A DNA stretch of 64,000 bases from Balanoglossus misakiensis (GCA_040954595.2 CM082577.2:16003903-16067902); one strand, 5' to 3'; positions 22,488-37,076 are shown, counted from the stretch's first letter. Notes: generated by a model not told the origin, from the letters alone. Numbers and translations are program-made.

Positions 22488-25400
22488 GTGAGTGTGATAC
22501 ATAATTTATGAAATTATTATGATCGTTGAAATAGTATTGTGATGAATCTTAAGTTGATTACATATTTTTATTTAGCTAAACTGGCCACTCAGTCGAACGG
22601 TATGCAGAGATCACTCCAGGGTCTGCCAAGATGTCAATGTTAATATTTGTTTGTTTTAGTTTTCAGGACATCTACACCACTGCAGCCAGAGTACCAGCCA
22701 GTGGTTCACACCAGTCACCTCATCCCCATGGATACATGTATATTAATCACTTCATTGAACGCAAGCATGGCCTCATTATTGGAAACATCACAACCTACCA
22801 GCCATATTCTCCAGCTACCAGTCATTCAGCCTACCTCAAGCCAGCCACAAGGCGTTCAGCCAACTACCAGCCAGATTAAACCGAGAAGAGATGTCAAGAG
22901 TAGTTTTGCGGGAAAGAAGCTTGCTTGTGTGACATGCAGGTTTGGCACCTCTGAGTGCCACTATGTCAATGTTTTCCAGATGTGGTGTGGACATACAGAG
23001 AGGACAGTTCAAGAGAGTGAAAGACAAGAACCACGTACTAGTCAGTTCTGGTATGTTTCGTGCAGGCCCATCCCATATCCCATCCGATATCCCATGTCAG
23101 AAGACCTGAAGGCTGTATATACACGAGAAACGGGACAAATTCAATTTCCATGTACCAACTCTACCAACAAGTGACAACATCAACCACACCTGTCAGCATG
23201 GAAACAGTTGGAATAGAGACGATCCCATAGGTAAGAAGTGGTTTGTGGGTGATGCAGTGATTTACAAGGAAGGCTGTACCATATCTGAGGTGTACATTTG
23301 CGGTGAGGGGAAGATCATAACTATAAAGGGTACTCATACTACACTAGCAGTGTTTTCACTGCGTACATTGTCACATCTAGTTTAAGATAATTTTGTATTT
23401 TAAGTTGTTGCTATTTTTGTTGTTGTTGAGTTCATGAAATGCAAAGCTTTAAATTCTAGAACATCGTTGGGGTGATTTTATGGTTTAAATTGTACATTCA
23501 CGTTAAATTGAATTAATCAAGCAGCCAATTAGTACAAGTATATCTAGTAATTATTGTAACTGCATTAAGTTTTACACTCCGTTTGTAAATGTATAGTGCA
23601 TTAGTGAAGGAGAAATGGTGTGCCCAGCAAGAAAAAATATTTCAATCAATTTCAATGTCAGAATTTGTTAATTTCTTATGTGTGATTAATCTTTTCATTA
23701 CAGTCTGCTTTCGACCCACTATACAGTGCTGTCTGCACTATGATGGACAAGAAGATTTACTTTTCAAATTGAACAACTGCGACTTCATACATTATGGTCA
23801 ACTTTTATAATAGTATACGAGTTTACCTTCTAAACACTTTCCATCATACATTCTACTGTGCCCACATACTGTGGAATACTTTATTGTCAATTGGAAATTA
23901 CATTCCACTATTTTTAATGGACCCTCTTTTCGATAAGGTAAAATCCTTGTGAAAATTGTCAATCCTGTGCATATTATTAGACCAGCAGACAAAGTGAAAT
24001 CACTTGTGTTAATTTAGGGGTTAGTTAAATTGAGCCATCCCTCTTTATGAGGAGTAGGAAATACATTAGCTGTAGGATATGTGGCTGAAGCCATGCAAAA
24101 ACAAAGGAATTTCGTATTTTTAATTATGAGGGATATGCACGAACAGTTTGTTGCTTTAAAACCTTACTCCATAAAAATAGTTCCCTTTTTGTTACGAGTT
24201 TCGATATTGTAGACTTTTAATTTTCACAGAGAAAGATGTTGTGACTTTATGTGTACCTTTGAAGGTCATTGTGAACCCATCGACAAACCATATTTCGCCC
24301 AAAAGTTTTACAAGTAGTCCATCTATGATTGTCATATCACTACACATTTTTACCTCGTGTTTTCGACTTCGCTATGGGACGGTGAAGTACACCCTCGTCT
24401 CTCGTTTCGCACCCTTCGATATTTCGTTCGTATTTCGAAACTTCCCGACCACAAGGCTTTACAAGTCGCCAGCGAGGTAATATATCTTTCGGTATTCTTA
24501 CAGATATGAATTGTATTTCGTGAAACTTTATTGTAATTAGACTTTGACGAGTTGTCTGCATCTTGTACATCAGTCACGTACATCGAACTGTGTTGCTTGC
24601 ACATATCTGTTTTCGATTGAAATCATTCTCGATTTTCGTATATGTAATTCTTTCGATTTGACATTTTGTATTTGTATTTATGTTTCAGTTTTTACGGTTT
24701 GCGGTTTACTCGGTCTATACCATTCGGTCTTGGTCTATTCGAGACAAGGTCTATTACGGTCTAAGACTATTCGGTTTACTCGGTCTTTTCGTACCACGGT
24801 TTATTCGGTCTATTCGAATCAGTCTCGGTCATTCTCGAGGTCTATTTGGCCTATTCGCATCGAGGTCTGCGCACATCTCGTCTTTCGAAGTCTTTTGACT
24901 ATTGTGTACAGTCTCGTACGGTCGCTTTCGGCGATCGCTCGATCGATTTATCGATAATAAACCGAAGACCCGTATATGGAAACTCGACTCTGACTTTTGA
25001 ATATTACGGAAAAGCTTTGGCGGTCACAGGATATATACAGGTTTTGTTGCTCTAGACCTCTATGCCAGATGACACCCTGCTCAATGTGTTCCACACCAAT
25101 ACAAAATACACCTGTATTTTGAGCATTTGAAAGTGTCACATTTATCCACTGTGCAATAGAGAATAAGCATGTTTTGGTTGTTTTTTAAGTGCGTATACAG
25201 TGCTTGGTGTAGTCGCAGCAATGCATTTTGGGATAATCAACAAATTACTATTAAAACTGACTAATTATTGTCACACTTTACATTCTGTAGACTTCCAAGA
25301 GAGGGAACGAATCCAAAGGGTCAGCATGATTACCAGACCATCAGCAGAACATTTGTGAATTTTTGTGACTGCGTGAAGATGTGTTATACTTAAATTGAAT

Positions 25401-25909
25401 TTGTGGTTGTACTAGTAGTTTTATACTTTAGTATGTGTATTAGGTGTCTCTAATTGTTGGTCGTCTTGCACAGTTGGAATGCTGTTCAATCAATACAAGT
25501 AGACTGTTGATCTGTTCGTTGATCATTGCCCCCTCCCCCATGTCGATGGCAGGCATTGAGGATGCAATATATATTTGTGTTAAATATTTTTGTTGAATAG
25601 TACTGAGTTCAAGTTGAATTAAAGCTGCAAGCAGCATTAGAGGGGCCAAGGCTGTTAAAGAAGTACCCGGTTGAAGTTAGGAGGTGGTATTTATGATGGG
25701 CATGGGTATTTTCATTTGGAAGTGTATTAACATAATAGGAAATCAAGACAGCGATGGATGTGTTTGGTTTCAATTGATAATTTATTGAAATTGGAAGCTG
25801 GTAATTTAAAAGCTGGTTGTGAATGGTGTTTTAAAATTAAATAATAAATAAAACAAACAAAATGTCATATAGTACTTGAAATCAGTAACTAAGGAAGTAA
25901 ATCCTTCCC

Positions 25910-26572
25910 ATGACACTGTTCCATGTACATACAATCACAAACAACCATCCACCACCCCATGATGCGGCCGTCGTCGCAGACACAAGGGGTCAGAGAAGAA
26001 TTGGCAAGATGTTTTCGTGCAAATGCATGGCCGCGGAATCGTTCTCGTCACAGGTCTATGTCTGCAAGTGCGAGCTCGAGGGGAACCGTCACTGCATCCC
26101 GCGTTCGGAATCGCCCAACTTGGCCTCACATTTGGGTCGCATTAGCTATAGTAGGACAAGATTGGGTTCCTACTATCCAGGAGAGGCGGAATTGTCGAAA
26201 ACCGGGCTTGGGGAGAAGAAGCTACACATGCCTGTAAATTTAAATGGACTCGAAGTCATTGAGTCTCTGAACGATGCATACCCAAAAATCGAAAATGCTG
26301 GCGGCATAGAAATTTGCAGAACCACTTGGGGTTCCAGACAACTTGAGACTATAAGATGTCTCGCAGCTGGATATACCCAAGACCATATCAGTTTGAACCT
26401 TTACGAAAAACAGCATTCCACCCGGACACTAGCAGCGAGAGCGAAGACGACGAATCCACAGAATATGATACTGCCAGACTTATACATATTGATTGGTGTA
26501 AGTGTGGGAATTGCAGTACCACATAAATTTTCTATTTCTTCACATTATTCATTGAAGCAAAATGATTTTTAA
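25910..26572 (+). pseudogene. ORF fragment resembling the N-terminal region of expanded invertebrate G2E3-like/HECT proteins
   Basis: Motif GLGEKKL...L..AYPKIENAGGIEICR...RQLE recalled from that family; no HECT domain present. Confidence 0.35.
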
Positions 26573-26699
26573 AACTGCTTATTTTTTACTTGTATTTTCT
26601 AGCATTATCCCTTGTTACTTGCTAAAAGTAGGTGAGAAGTATTTTACTTTAGAGGAATATTTGCCCGGGCGATATGTTAAATATATGAACAACATGGCC

Positions 26700-27225
26700 A
26701 CTGTACCGGAATGCATCTGCTGTGTTGAACTATCTCAGCCGGCAAACAGGCTTAGAAGTAAGCGTCTTTTTTGAGCTTATAGTCAAAGTTAAATGACGAG
26801 ATGGCACTTTTACAAGAATACATGTTTTTTGCGTATTTTGTTTTTGTTTTTCTATTGCAAGATTTCTGCTCAACACCTTTCATGTAATTTCACAATGGTT
26901 AACAAAAGAAATTCACCTGCCAAGACGGCGATATGATTTTCGGCATCTCTGAAGCTGGTCGGTTTACGTTTTATGAAAATTAGTTGAATGAAAATTTAAC
27001 ATTGCGAGTTTGTGGATCACATCTATTTAAAATGAAAAAAAAAAACACGACATTTACACATAAATATTGATGAGTATGAAAAATTAATGCATGACCATTT
27101 TTATTCCACCCTTAATTTACAATAGATGAATGCTGCATTTCAACTACATATTCTTTTCAGACCGTTTGTCTGAATAGAGATGTATTGGACACTACACTGA
27201 AAAGGTTGCATGATGTTAGGCATGA
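26700..27225 (+). pseudogene. P2RX7 ballast-like (Kolobok accessory-type) Cys-rich exon remnants
   Basis: ECICCVEL at ~26709-26732 and ECCISTTYSFQTVCLNRDVLDT at ~27128-27195, separated by intron-like AT-rich DNA. Confidence 0.5.
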
Positions 27226-29792
27226 CAAAATTGTCTATCCGCTTTCATATTTGTTTTTACCCGCCATATTTGTTTTCGAAGTTTACGTCGATTTCAGATT
27301 CAGATTTTATAACTGTAGTATCAAAATCATTTTCTTTGTTAACTCCAACAACAGCATACTGTTTAATCTTATTTTCTGTCTTAGGTGTCAGTAGGTTGGC
27401 ATAATTTTCTGTATACATGACTTGATTAATTTTTCTTTTGGTTGTTATTCCCTCATTCAGTATTTAAAATTAAATTGACAAATAAGTCTTTGTGATACAC
27501 AAGTGGTATTTACTTCCAAAGTAACACCGGAAGATGTTTCAGAAGTTGCAACATCTCGGTCATCCTATCCAACCTCAGCCACAACGCAGTCTCGGCCACA
27601 TACTTTCAACACAATGCTGATTTAAATTACAGCCATACTGACTCAATGGGCGACTACACCCAAATTTATAACGCTATGTACGGCCTAGCCAAAATGGACT
27701 ATGGAATATTACCATGTGCGTTTTCAGAATAAGAGAATATTCATTATGATATAAATAATTAGTCTGATGTACCAACAAAAACCGTAGTCTCGAACGATTT
27801 TCAAATTTTCCAAGTTCACACACACACTAATTTTCCATTCGACAATTCCTTTTGATTTAATATTGGCAAATATAAACTTGATACCAGATAGACATCCCGG
27901 CATGAAAATAGCTGGAGTCATCAAACACGTGATACGGAACAAGGAGCGAAAATACTCGTTTCCTGAAGCTTTCGCTTCTTGTAAACGACATATGAATATT
28001 CATAAGTTATTCATGAACGAATAAGATTGCTTCAGACACTCTTCACTCTCAGAATCCACTAAATATTCAAGACTAGTATAAAAGTAAACCACACCCACAA
28101 AAAAGAAATGTTCGAAAGTCAAGGTGACACAGGAAAGAGAGGAGAGAGATCTAGAAATGAAAAAAGAGGACACCCCGGCAACTGGTGAAGCGTCCTTTGA
28201 AAGTGACAATTCTAGTAAGTTATACATACGGATAGAGAAAATTATCACAAACCTATATATCGAAATAAAACAAAAAATGTTTCCCTATTTCAAACATTTA
28301 TCAAAGAACTACCAGTGATAGATGTAGGGGACCTCTAGGTCCGTGGCTAATTGTGGCCAAGTGAAACCCTTGTCTATAATCCAGACCAACCGATTCCTTA
28401 TTTTATTGGCCCCATTCACATTTGATGTGGACATGTTATATTAAGAAGAACGTTTACGTAAGTGAATATTAGCAGCTTCTACTGTCATTAATTGTCCAAT
28501 CTGTCGGTTGGAAATTGAATACGAGTTGCTATTCCCTTCACATATCTGGGTGAAATGTCAATGACTTGCAAAACTTGTCAGGAGAGTTTTCCACTCCATC
28601 AGCTAAAATCACATGAGCACCGTACCATCAAGTCAAGCCCAATACACACAGTAACAAAAGAGCCCATAAATGAAAGTAAACGTGCTGTGTTAGTCTTGCT
28701 GATGGCAGATGTGTCATTGTCAACAAAACCTGGTTATGACGAGCTAGCTAAAAATGCTTGAAAGCATTTACTCCCCCATCATTTTAATAATTTCCCCCAA
28801 CCTGTGTAATTAAAAATGAAATTATAAAGGTGAAGTATGTACCTACCCCCACGAGTTGCAACATGGCGAATGCATTAAATTACTTTGTACCATAATGAGA
28901 ACACTCCCCATATGGGGATTCCCTCTCAGCAAACAGATATTCAGATATTGTATCCATATGCAGAAGCCGGCAGTTGAAATACTGTTTTTGGAATTTACAC
29001 CTTTATGTATTTTCAATTCTAAATTTAGATCTCTTGCTTTTGAGAAGATGCATAATATTGAATTGGTGATAGTGAAAATATATACTCAATTATCATTTGA
29101 AGTGATTGGAGCTAATGATTAACTGGAAATAGAACAAAAGTTAAAGATAAGAAATTCAGTACAATATTAATTTTTCTGTTGAGGTGCGGTAGTTCATTGC
29201 GTTCGGTGCACTGATATATCGAGAGGAAGCGATAAGAAAATAACACATTTGCTTTAGATGAGCAAACCTGGGGGGAGGCTAAAAGAATGGGTATGACTTA
29301 TATGAAAAAATCGCGTCAAGGACATGGTGGTCCCATTGCATATTTTTGGCGATGACACCTTCATTTGAACAAACTCCCATCTACAGCCCAGCCTGCATCT
29401 GCACACCAAATATCAAGGTGATACACGCAGTGGTTTTCAAATTTTTGATGTGGACGGACATACATACATACATCCATCCATACATACTAGCTGATTTCAT
29501 TTGATTGCTACCCCTTTGACTGATTTTCTCAACACAACACATAACTTTTTCCAGCTGGAGTTCACCAGCTGGAACTGAACACACATTAAAATTGTAGTTT
29601 CAATGATATCATCAGGTAGATCAAGCATGTGTGGTTCAGGCTTTAATTTGGCACCTAAGCCTGTATGTTCAACCTGCCTGCTGCAGTACAGTGATTTTTT
29701 GGCATTATGTTTAAGGTTTTAAGTATATGTATCACTTAACCAATAGTAATGGTTGTACTCTGTATCTATCTCTGAATGTCTATAGTCTATAA

Positions 29793-32700
29793 CACTGGGC
29801 AAAATGATTGATATACGACAATATACGTAAAACTACTAAGTTTGTACATTTGACATATACGTTTCATATACGTGCATTTACGTAACAAATGCAAGCTGCT
29901 AGATATGTGTACAAATACGTGAAGTATACATCACGTACACGTTCTCTTACATATACGTTCCGCAGATCTTCGTATTTGTAGTTATTTTCTACCGAATAGT
30001 GTGCCTACAGTATACATCCATGTATATGTGCGTATATTCATGCTAACTATTAGGATTATTTGGACCACCCGTTTTTAAAAGCAAATGCTTTCAAAAGTTT
30101 GATGAAAGATCTGGGTAGCACTTCTGCGGCCACTTTATGTCGCAAAACGCTGGTTGTTTTACGACGTTTTACGACGTCCACCTCCGGTACATAGAAACAC
30201 CAGCACCGCTGGCAGTCACTGTACGCCGTCAACCGTGTGCATAAGTTTGTTTCAACACCAGACAAAGCGAAAGAAGAGTTGTCACAGAAACTTGATAGTC
30301 TGGACGCAGAACAGAAGTCTTTGAAGAAAAATCGACATGCGGCGGTGATAATCTATGCACCAACAAAGGAAGACCGGATCGTATGATTTTTGTAAGTTTA
30401 AACATACATCGTGTTTTGGTCTTGTCCATATCCACCCCACCTAGGTGTCTGCGTTTTGACACTATTTCTACTCGTTGTTAGTCCGAGTCCTTTTTATTTC
30501 TGCCGTTTGCATTAGTGCATCAAGCATGTCTATGTAGAACTAGAAACAGGTTTTGATTGACAATTTGACATTTCCACCAAGCATTTGTATTGTTATCTCA
30601 AATGTCCCTTGTTTTACTTGCAGCGGCAGGTAAAGCACTCAGCTTTATGTAACCATAGAAGATTCATCTGATACAACCAACGAGTAAGTATATCTCTTTT
30701 ATTCGTAGACTTTTCATTCAATTTGGTGTAGTATGATTTATAACATTGAGCATAACCCGTAGAGAAAAAAGACGCGGAACATCGGCCAAGATCAAAGGCC
30801 TTGAGGATTAGCTAGAACAAAAGATAAACAAACTGGGTTGATTTCCATGTGTGCGCTTCAGCTTGGTGTTTCATGGTTGACGACAAACAAAAGATGCATA
30901 TAAGCGCGGGATTGCTGGATTGCCAGAATAGCTGACGTTCGGATATTTTAGCAGCTACTGAGCTTTGATACTTGGTAGCTCTAACCATGCTCTTACGCGT
31001 GATAGTGAGAAACTATTCAGTCATAACTATTTGACCTTGGTTGCGATAACAGCACACTGAATCTGTATGCTTTTTGTACCTTGTCAACATGACAGATAAC
31101 AAAGTATACATTTGGAAGGTGTGAAGACATTTCCCATGGCCCGATTTGTTTAATGCAAATGAGACATTTTCACCCATAAACTAAAAACAATGGGGGACGT
31201 TTATTATAAACTTAAACAGTGCACTGTCATGTTGGCGACAAAGGTAAAAAGTAAAACAGAACGGACTGACTTGTCGCTGTGTTCCAGGTGAAGGTATTTA
31301 CAGCCCACTCTATATAAACTGCCAGTGGTTCAGACTTCCCAAAAGTTGTAGCTCATAGGCACTGCAGTCAAAGATAAGTGCTTAAGATGACCAAACTAAA
31401 TACTCTTTTTCTTTTCTTTTTGACAGCTTCTACAGAGTCATGGCAAGATGGTGGATTTTGAAGACAAATCTTAATAGGATAACATGGTGCAAGCAGGCGA
31501 TCTGATGATGTCAGATGAAGCAAATTTTTCATGGTATTTTGGAGTTACTGAATGAAGCTAGACTTTGATTATTATTTTTCAGATTTTAGGTTTGCATTTA
31601 GAAACAAAACACTTTGTTCTTTGTCCATGTAATGTCTTTAATCATTTTATATGTTTTAAATAAAATTACCTTTTAAGTGAATTTTATTATGTGAGCAGTT
31701 TTTTGTTGATGCATGATGGGAGGAAGTGTATCGGCTTGAAATATGCTTTTACCGATTTGTTGCTATTGATCTGCTTTGAAATGCAGTTGCATCTCAAAGC
31801 AGATTAACCCTTACAATGCCATAGACTTTTATGCACTGCTACTCCCCACTGCCAAGATATTTTCAGAACATACCAAAGATATGTTTCATCTATTTGAACT
31901 GACTATAGTTCTCTGTCTGTTTGAAAAAAACCTGTAAACCTTATATGAATTTCCATCTACATAAAACGGAGAAGCCAACAGTTATATTGATGTCAATGTT
32001 ATGTCACCTAAAATCTGTAAAAATGGGCTAAAACATCCATTTTTGGTCAAAAAAATTATGAAAATATTTATTAGGCTGTAAAATTTAAACAAATTGTCGA
32101 ATTGCTGTCAAACTTGCAGAACATTTTAAGAATGTGCATCTTCATATTTTGAAGTCATCATTTTGTTTATTTTATTTTGGTAAACATAAACAAACAATAA
32201 ACAAACGTACATTTGCATATATGTAAATAAAAATATTTTACTATTGACCTGAAATGACTCAATACATGTAGATCAAAAACAAAAGTTATCAACAAAATAA
32301 TAAAAAAACCGGCAAAACAACATCATTGCAATACTCTGGGAAAAACAGATATACCACATCTTTGCTTCATTTCAAATAAATTGTGTGTCAACTTACAAAT
32401 AACAACTAAGTCTAACCACTGTCACTACCCAATATCGCATACGGGTAAATGCATGAGCAACTCTATCAATTTGTACTGAAGAGTATTTTCAACAGAAGAA
32501 TATCTTAGCAGAGTTTTTTGTAAGTGTTTTTAAGAAAGCGGACAGTGAAATTCATGATACTCTCATCCACAAGAATAAAAATGAGATCAGCGATATGCCG
32601 TGAAATTTGTTTACCGTAACCGTCAAATTCATGTATCGGCCGACATACAAACTTACGTGCGAAAAGGCCGGCCTCGATCGTCTGGATAAGAGATCAAACA

Positions 32701-33896
32701 TAAAAAAACACACCAAATTTTACTTTCAGTAGGTGATATCATGTGCCATTTGACCATTTTGGTGTAGTTGGCAAAAATTACGTAGCTTTTTGAACTCTTA
32801 TGGCAGTTTCTGATGCTCCGATCTGCACTGTCTATTGACCTCGTCTCGTGACCTTATGACCTACTTCAAAACTTACACTCGATCTATATTTACATCATAT
32901 TTTTCACAAAACTTTTGTCAAAAAATCACCAAATCTTTTCTTTTATCATTATCTGAAAATATTTTGGGGGCAAAATAACATGTTTACTATTCCTTCATTT
33001 CAAAACACTTTGCCTAGTATCGCGAGGACGGCCAGCCGTTGGGATCATGACCTTTGCGTTCCATTCATAAAGTTTGCCAACGTAGAAAAGTTCGCATAAA
33101 TTAATCCAAAATTCTATTTAGGGAACGGATGATGTAATGATTTAGTCCATATATGGTAGAAAACAAGGTTCAAAGGTTATAAGAAGGAAATCTTTGTCAG
33201 GTGACTTCAAAATAGCGGGAAATCACATTCTAAACTGAGGGGGGATGAGCGAGACTTGTGTACGAATATATTCGGGCGTGGCAGTGTGCGCCAGTGTGAC
33301 ATGTACGAATTTATTCGGGCGTGGCGTTTGAAGGGTTAATAGTAACAAATTTACAGCAAAGGTGAATAAGAAGGAAAGGTCAAATCCTGACCATGAAGTA
33401 TGACCCCAGAATTGTGACCTTTGGGTAATTTAAATATGACCCCAAAATTATTTTGCAAATATTTGCCAACAATGATGACATAATGTATGGTAATTTCTGG
33501 AAGGGTCTGCGTTAAATATACGTAAAAATACCAGGAACGTGAACTCAACTATGCAAATGTAAATGTCTGTGATGATGATGTAACGTATGCTAATAACACA
33601 GTCATGCAAATAGTAAGGAAGATATGCACTGAGAATGTGTACAAATACGTTGGAATGTTTATGGTGTGCACTTGATCTGCATTGGTCTGCGTTGTGCACA
33701 CCCGTGATCTTCATAGATATACGTGCACGTATACTAACACATTGGTATGTTCCATATACGTGAATATACGTCACATATACGTGGTGCAGATTGTAGATGT
33801 ACAACTGTGCAGACTATTGTATACTTGCGCATATTCCTGATCTACGTGTCCATATACGTGAAAATACTGAATGTATATCAACCTTTTTGCCCAGTG
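29793..33896. mobile_element. Non-autonomous CMC-superfamily (CACTA/Chapaev3-like) DNA element
   Basis: Termini CACTGGGCAAAA.G.TTGATATAC ... GTATATCAACCTTTTTGCCCAGTG; 3-bp TSD TAA on both sides; many subterminal ATATACGT motifs; no transposase. Confidence 0.8.
31808..33335. mobile_element. Non-autonomous piggyBac-like element nested in the CMC element
   Basis: TTAA|CCCTTACAATGCCA ... TGGCGTTTGAAGGG|TTAA; duplicated subterminal motif TGTACGAATwTATTCGGGCGTGGC near the right end. Confidence 0.7.
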
Positions 33897-33924
33897 TAAG
33901 TAGCTGTCTATCAATCTATGTCTT

Positions 33925-33995
33925 TCTAAATGTATGTAATTTATATCTCTAAATGTTTGTAATTTATATCTCTAAATGTGTGTAATTTATATCTA
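33925..33995. repeat. 23-bp tandem repeat, 3 copies
   Basis: tctaaatgtNtgtaatttatatc repeated three times. Confidence 0.85.
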
Positions 33996-34184
33996 ATATA
34001 GGAGGAGAGGCACAGGAAGAGGGGGTAGAGGTGGAGTGCTTGAGAGAAGAGCAGATAGAGCCTTAAGAGATGTACAGCAACAGAAAAATACTGTTTGCGT
34101 AAGTAAAATTTTGCTTTGGTAATAGTTGGACATAGTCTGGTGGTTGATTTGGCAGTGCCGTGTCAGGAGATTGAAGGTTACCAT

Positions 34185-34300
34185 CCTCAACCATCAGCAA
34201 ACACTCGAGAATGGTGTGTTTGTAGTAACTGCAGGCAGATGCCAATGCTTCCAAAGAGGATATGTTGTGGGCTGCCCGAGTTTTGCATATCAAGATTACC
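34185..34300 (+). pseudogene. P2RX7 ballast-like Cys-rich fragment
   Basis: EWCVCSNCRQMP...RICCG...CIS matches the WCxCxxCxxMP...CC pattern. Confidence 0.6.
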
Positions 34301-34900
34301 TGTACCTGCCAACCAAGGAGCGGTCCCCCGGGCCCCACATAGGGGATGTGGCAATGGAAGTGGCTCGGGGGTGTGGAGTTCATTTCCAGGAGCTGCTCGA
34401 GGCCTGCCTGGTAAATGTCGCACCGCCTGGTATGTCAACCAAGGGCATTGCTGCAGTTTAGCAGCCCCTCCATCTCCCCTGGACGATTTTTGTTTTTGCG
34501 GGGAGATTTTGCCAACGTTTTCCCCAGCTATTCAACTTCAATCAGCAATGGCTGTAGACTTGACCTGTGACGTCATACTCTTGGACTTTCACGTTCAGCC
34601 CAATTAGCATACCGATGACAACAAACTCACGTGCCATGGGTTACAGGTATACGATCAACGTTCGCCTACGTGTTTGTTATATACAATTAGGCCAAAGTAA
34701 GTAAATTCGTTGTTTTGCGTCCGCGCACGCGTAGGTTTTCAGGCTTTTTTGAGAAAAAAAACACAAACTTAATTTGCATAAATTTCTAATCCTCGGCGGT
34801 ATTTTGTCGCAAAATTTTACATTTCGAAAAATGCCACTTTACGGCAGTCCTATTCCAACCATGGCATGACGTAAAACGGTATGCCATACAGCCACTGCGC

Positions 34901-36828
34901 ATGCTCGTAGTTGAACTCTTTCAAAGCACGCTGCTAGCTGTGTCGTTTCACACATCTGACTTTCCCAATCGCCGCGATTTTACCATGGATGACGCCAAGG
35001 AAATAATCATCATAAAGGTTACGGAAAACGATAAAACTATCCTAAACTGGTTTGGGATGGAAGTAACTGACGTGCAAAACTTTGCACGGCTACTGGAGGC
35101 CATGGTGATAGCAAGCAACTGGGATACAGCTAGACAGCGTTTCAGTCGTCCGATCGACATCAAGGACACCACAGTGATACAGGTTCGGGTGAGAAAGACG
35201 CAAGCATCGGAACCTGTAGAGGTCAGCCCAGGTTTATCAGTCTGTAATTTTTGCCGAAAGTTTGGTTCATATGTGCCTTTTAATTTGAAACAAAAGGCAG
35301 CCCCATCATGTGCGCAAAGGAATGCCTTTGATTTACTGCTTGAAAGTGCAAGGAAAACAAGTCTGAAATATCCGCCCAAATTTGGGGGTGACGAGGTGAA
35401 GCGTGGAGACTGGCGATTGCGCAATGATTTCATTGGGTTGATGGAGAGGAGAGGTGCTGGGTTTACGGATGGTCAGGAGGAAACTACTGGCAAGATTTTT
35501 GTCAGTAATGTCACCAGTGTTTTGTTCTCGCTTATGCCCCATATGTCTAAACTTGAAGGCAGAGGCTTCAAGTTACCCAACCTGTTTGATGTTTTCTTTC
35601 AAGACAAAACCAGTTTCCAACAGGACTATAACAATCCATCAGAGCATAAACATTACCCGAGACTTAAAATGCAAGATCTTGAACAAAAAAGGCAACTTCT
35701 GTATACTGTTATGGTGTACCCATTCCTAAAACTGCCCAGATTTAAGGAATTTGATGAGGCCATACAGGTGCTATGCAATGGTATTGACATGTATATGAAA
35801 AACCTACAAGAAACTGGTGAGAGGGTCAACACGATTCATCAACAGCCATTCCCTCAGAGAGAACCATCTGATGGTAAATCTACCAACTTGAAACACATCA
35901 AAGGCCAGATACGAAACCGCGATGCAATACTGCAGTATAAGAAATTAGAAGGTTGTTTACAGGAGAAAGGAATGTATGAGCCCATGTCACTGAATGAAAT
36001 CATGCCAGTGGATCGACGTCTTCGATACAGATATGTGCATAACTTGGTCCTCTCTTTTGACATAGAGCTGTATGGTTATCATACAGGTGGTCAATATGGC
36101 AGTATGTGGTTTGTTTGGAAATCAATGCCAGCTGTTGATATGGAAAAGTCTAACAAGGTCATAAATGAAATAGGTAAAAACCTACCAGTGTATCACACAA
36201 GGGCTATGAAGCAGGAATTCATGTCACGGTTTTCCCTTGTTGCAAAGGTCAGTCCATCTATTCTCAATGAAATGTACTACTTTCTCACTGGTGACCATTC
36301 TGTCGCTCCTAATGACATCTCAAAGGCTGTGAGGGAGCGACTGAATGTAATGTTGGATGGGAATGATCCAGATATTGTTGTTGATATGCGACAAGTAAAT
36401 GAAGGCAGGCCATCAGTGTTTGACAGGTTTTGGGCTGAGGTGGACAAATTGCTTGAGGAGGAGGCTTCCCAGGCTGTTGATGACAGGCGACATGGCACAG
36501 TGTGTTTTACAAGTACAGCCATGTCGGTACCAGATCTGCTTCAGAAGGTAACAAGTAGATTGCCTTCAGAGGTTCCAATACCATCTGAAAAATGGTTATA
36601 TTTACAGTTCATGCCAAAAAACCCATTCCTGAAATCAGCTGTTCAGTACACTGGCAAATTTCCTTTGAAATTTAAAGTGCAGTCTCGACAGTACAATATG
36701 ACACATCAAGATGCGCATTATGCCAGTGCAATTTTCAAGTACTTGAGGGAGTTCTGTGTGAAGTTCCGTGATCATACCGTGCTCTTGTGTGTTGATGACA
36801 AAAACCAGATACCAGTGGGAGAACCCGG
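34901..36828 (+). pseudogene. Zator transposase, 5' part
   Basis: Long ORF ending ...VDDKNQIPVGEPG at the LTR insertion. The tail of the listed ORF (to 36949) is read-through into the LTR. Confidence 0.85.
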
Positions 36829-37065
36829 TGTTGTGTTATCACCCTGTGTTAGCTATCCTTGCTATAGCGCCCTCGCTCGCGCCCTGATTTCCAGTGCATG
36901 TAACCCTGCTGTTACTTCGCTCTCTTGCTGTTTCATGGCGGACTGTTAGGCACAGTCGCGCACATCTACCCTGAATAAATGTTGTGTTAAGTTACTTGCA
37001 ATAGTCAGTCCTGGTCATCGATCCACCCCACGGTCTCCGAAAGAATAATAGTCAATAACATAACA
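36829..37065 (+). repeat. 5' LTR (237 bp)
   Basis: TGTTGTGTTAT...ATAACATAACA; no difference from the 3' LTR seen by eye; contains AATAAA. Confidence 0.95.
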
Positions 37066-37076
37066 TGGTGTCAGGA
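37066..37076 (+). promoter_or_regulatory. Primer binding site (tRNA-Leu type)
   Basis: TGGTGTCAGGA immediately after the 5' LTR. Confidence 0.85.

Noticed and set aside
18527-25062. One element bounded by TAGAGGTC...GACCTCTA enclosing the hairpin, gag and NRF1 fragment
   Set aside because: Only 8 bp of inverted match and no TSD.
36829-36949. C-terminus of the 682-aa ORF
   Set aside because: Read-through into the inserted LTR; the real protein continues at 41650.
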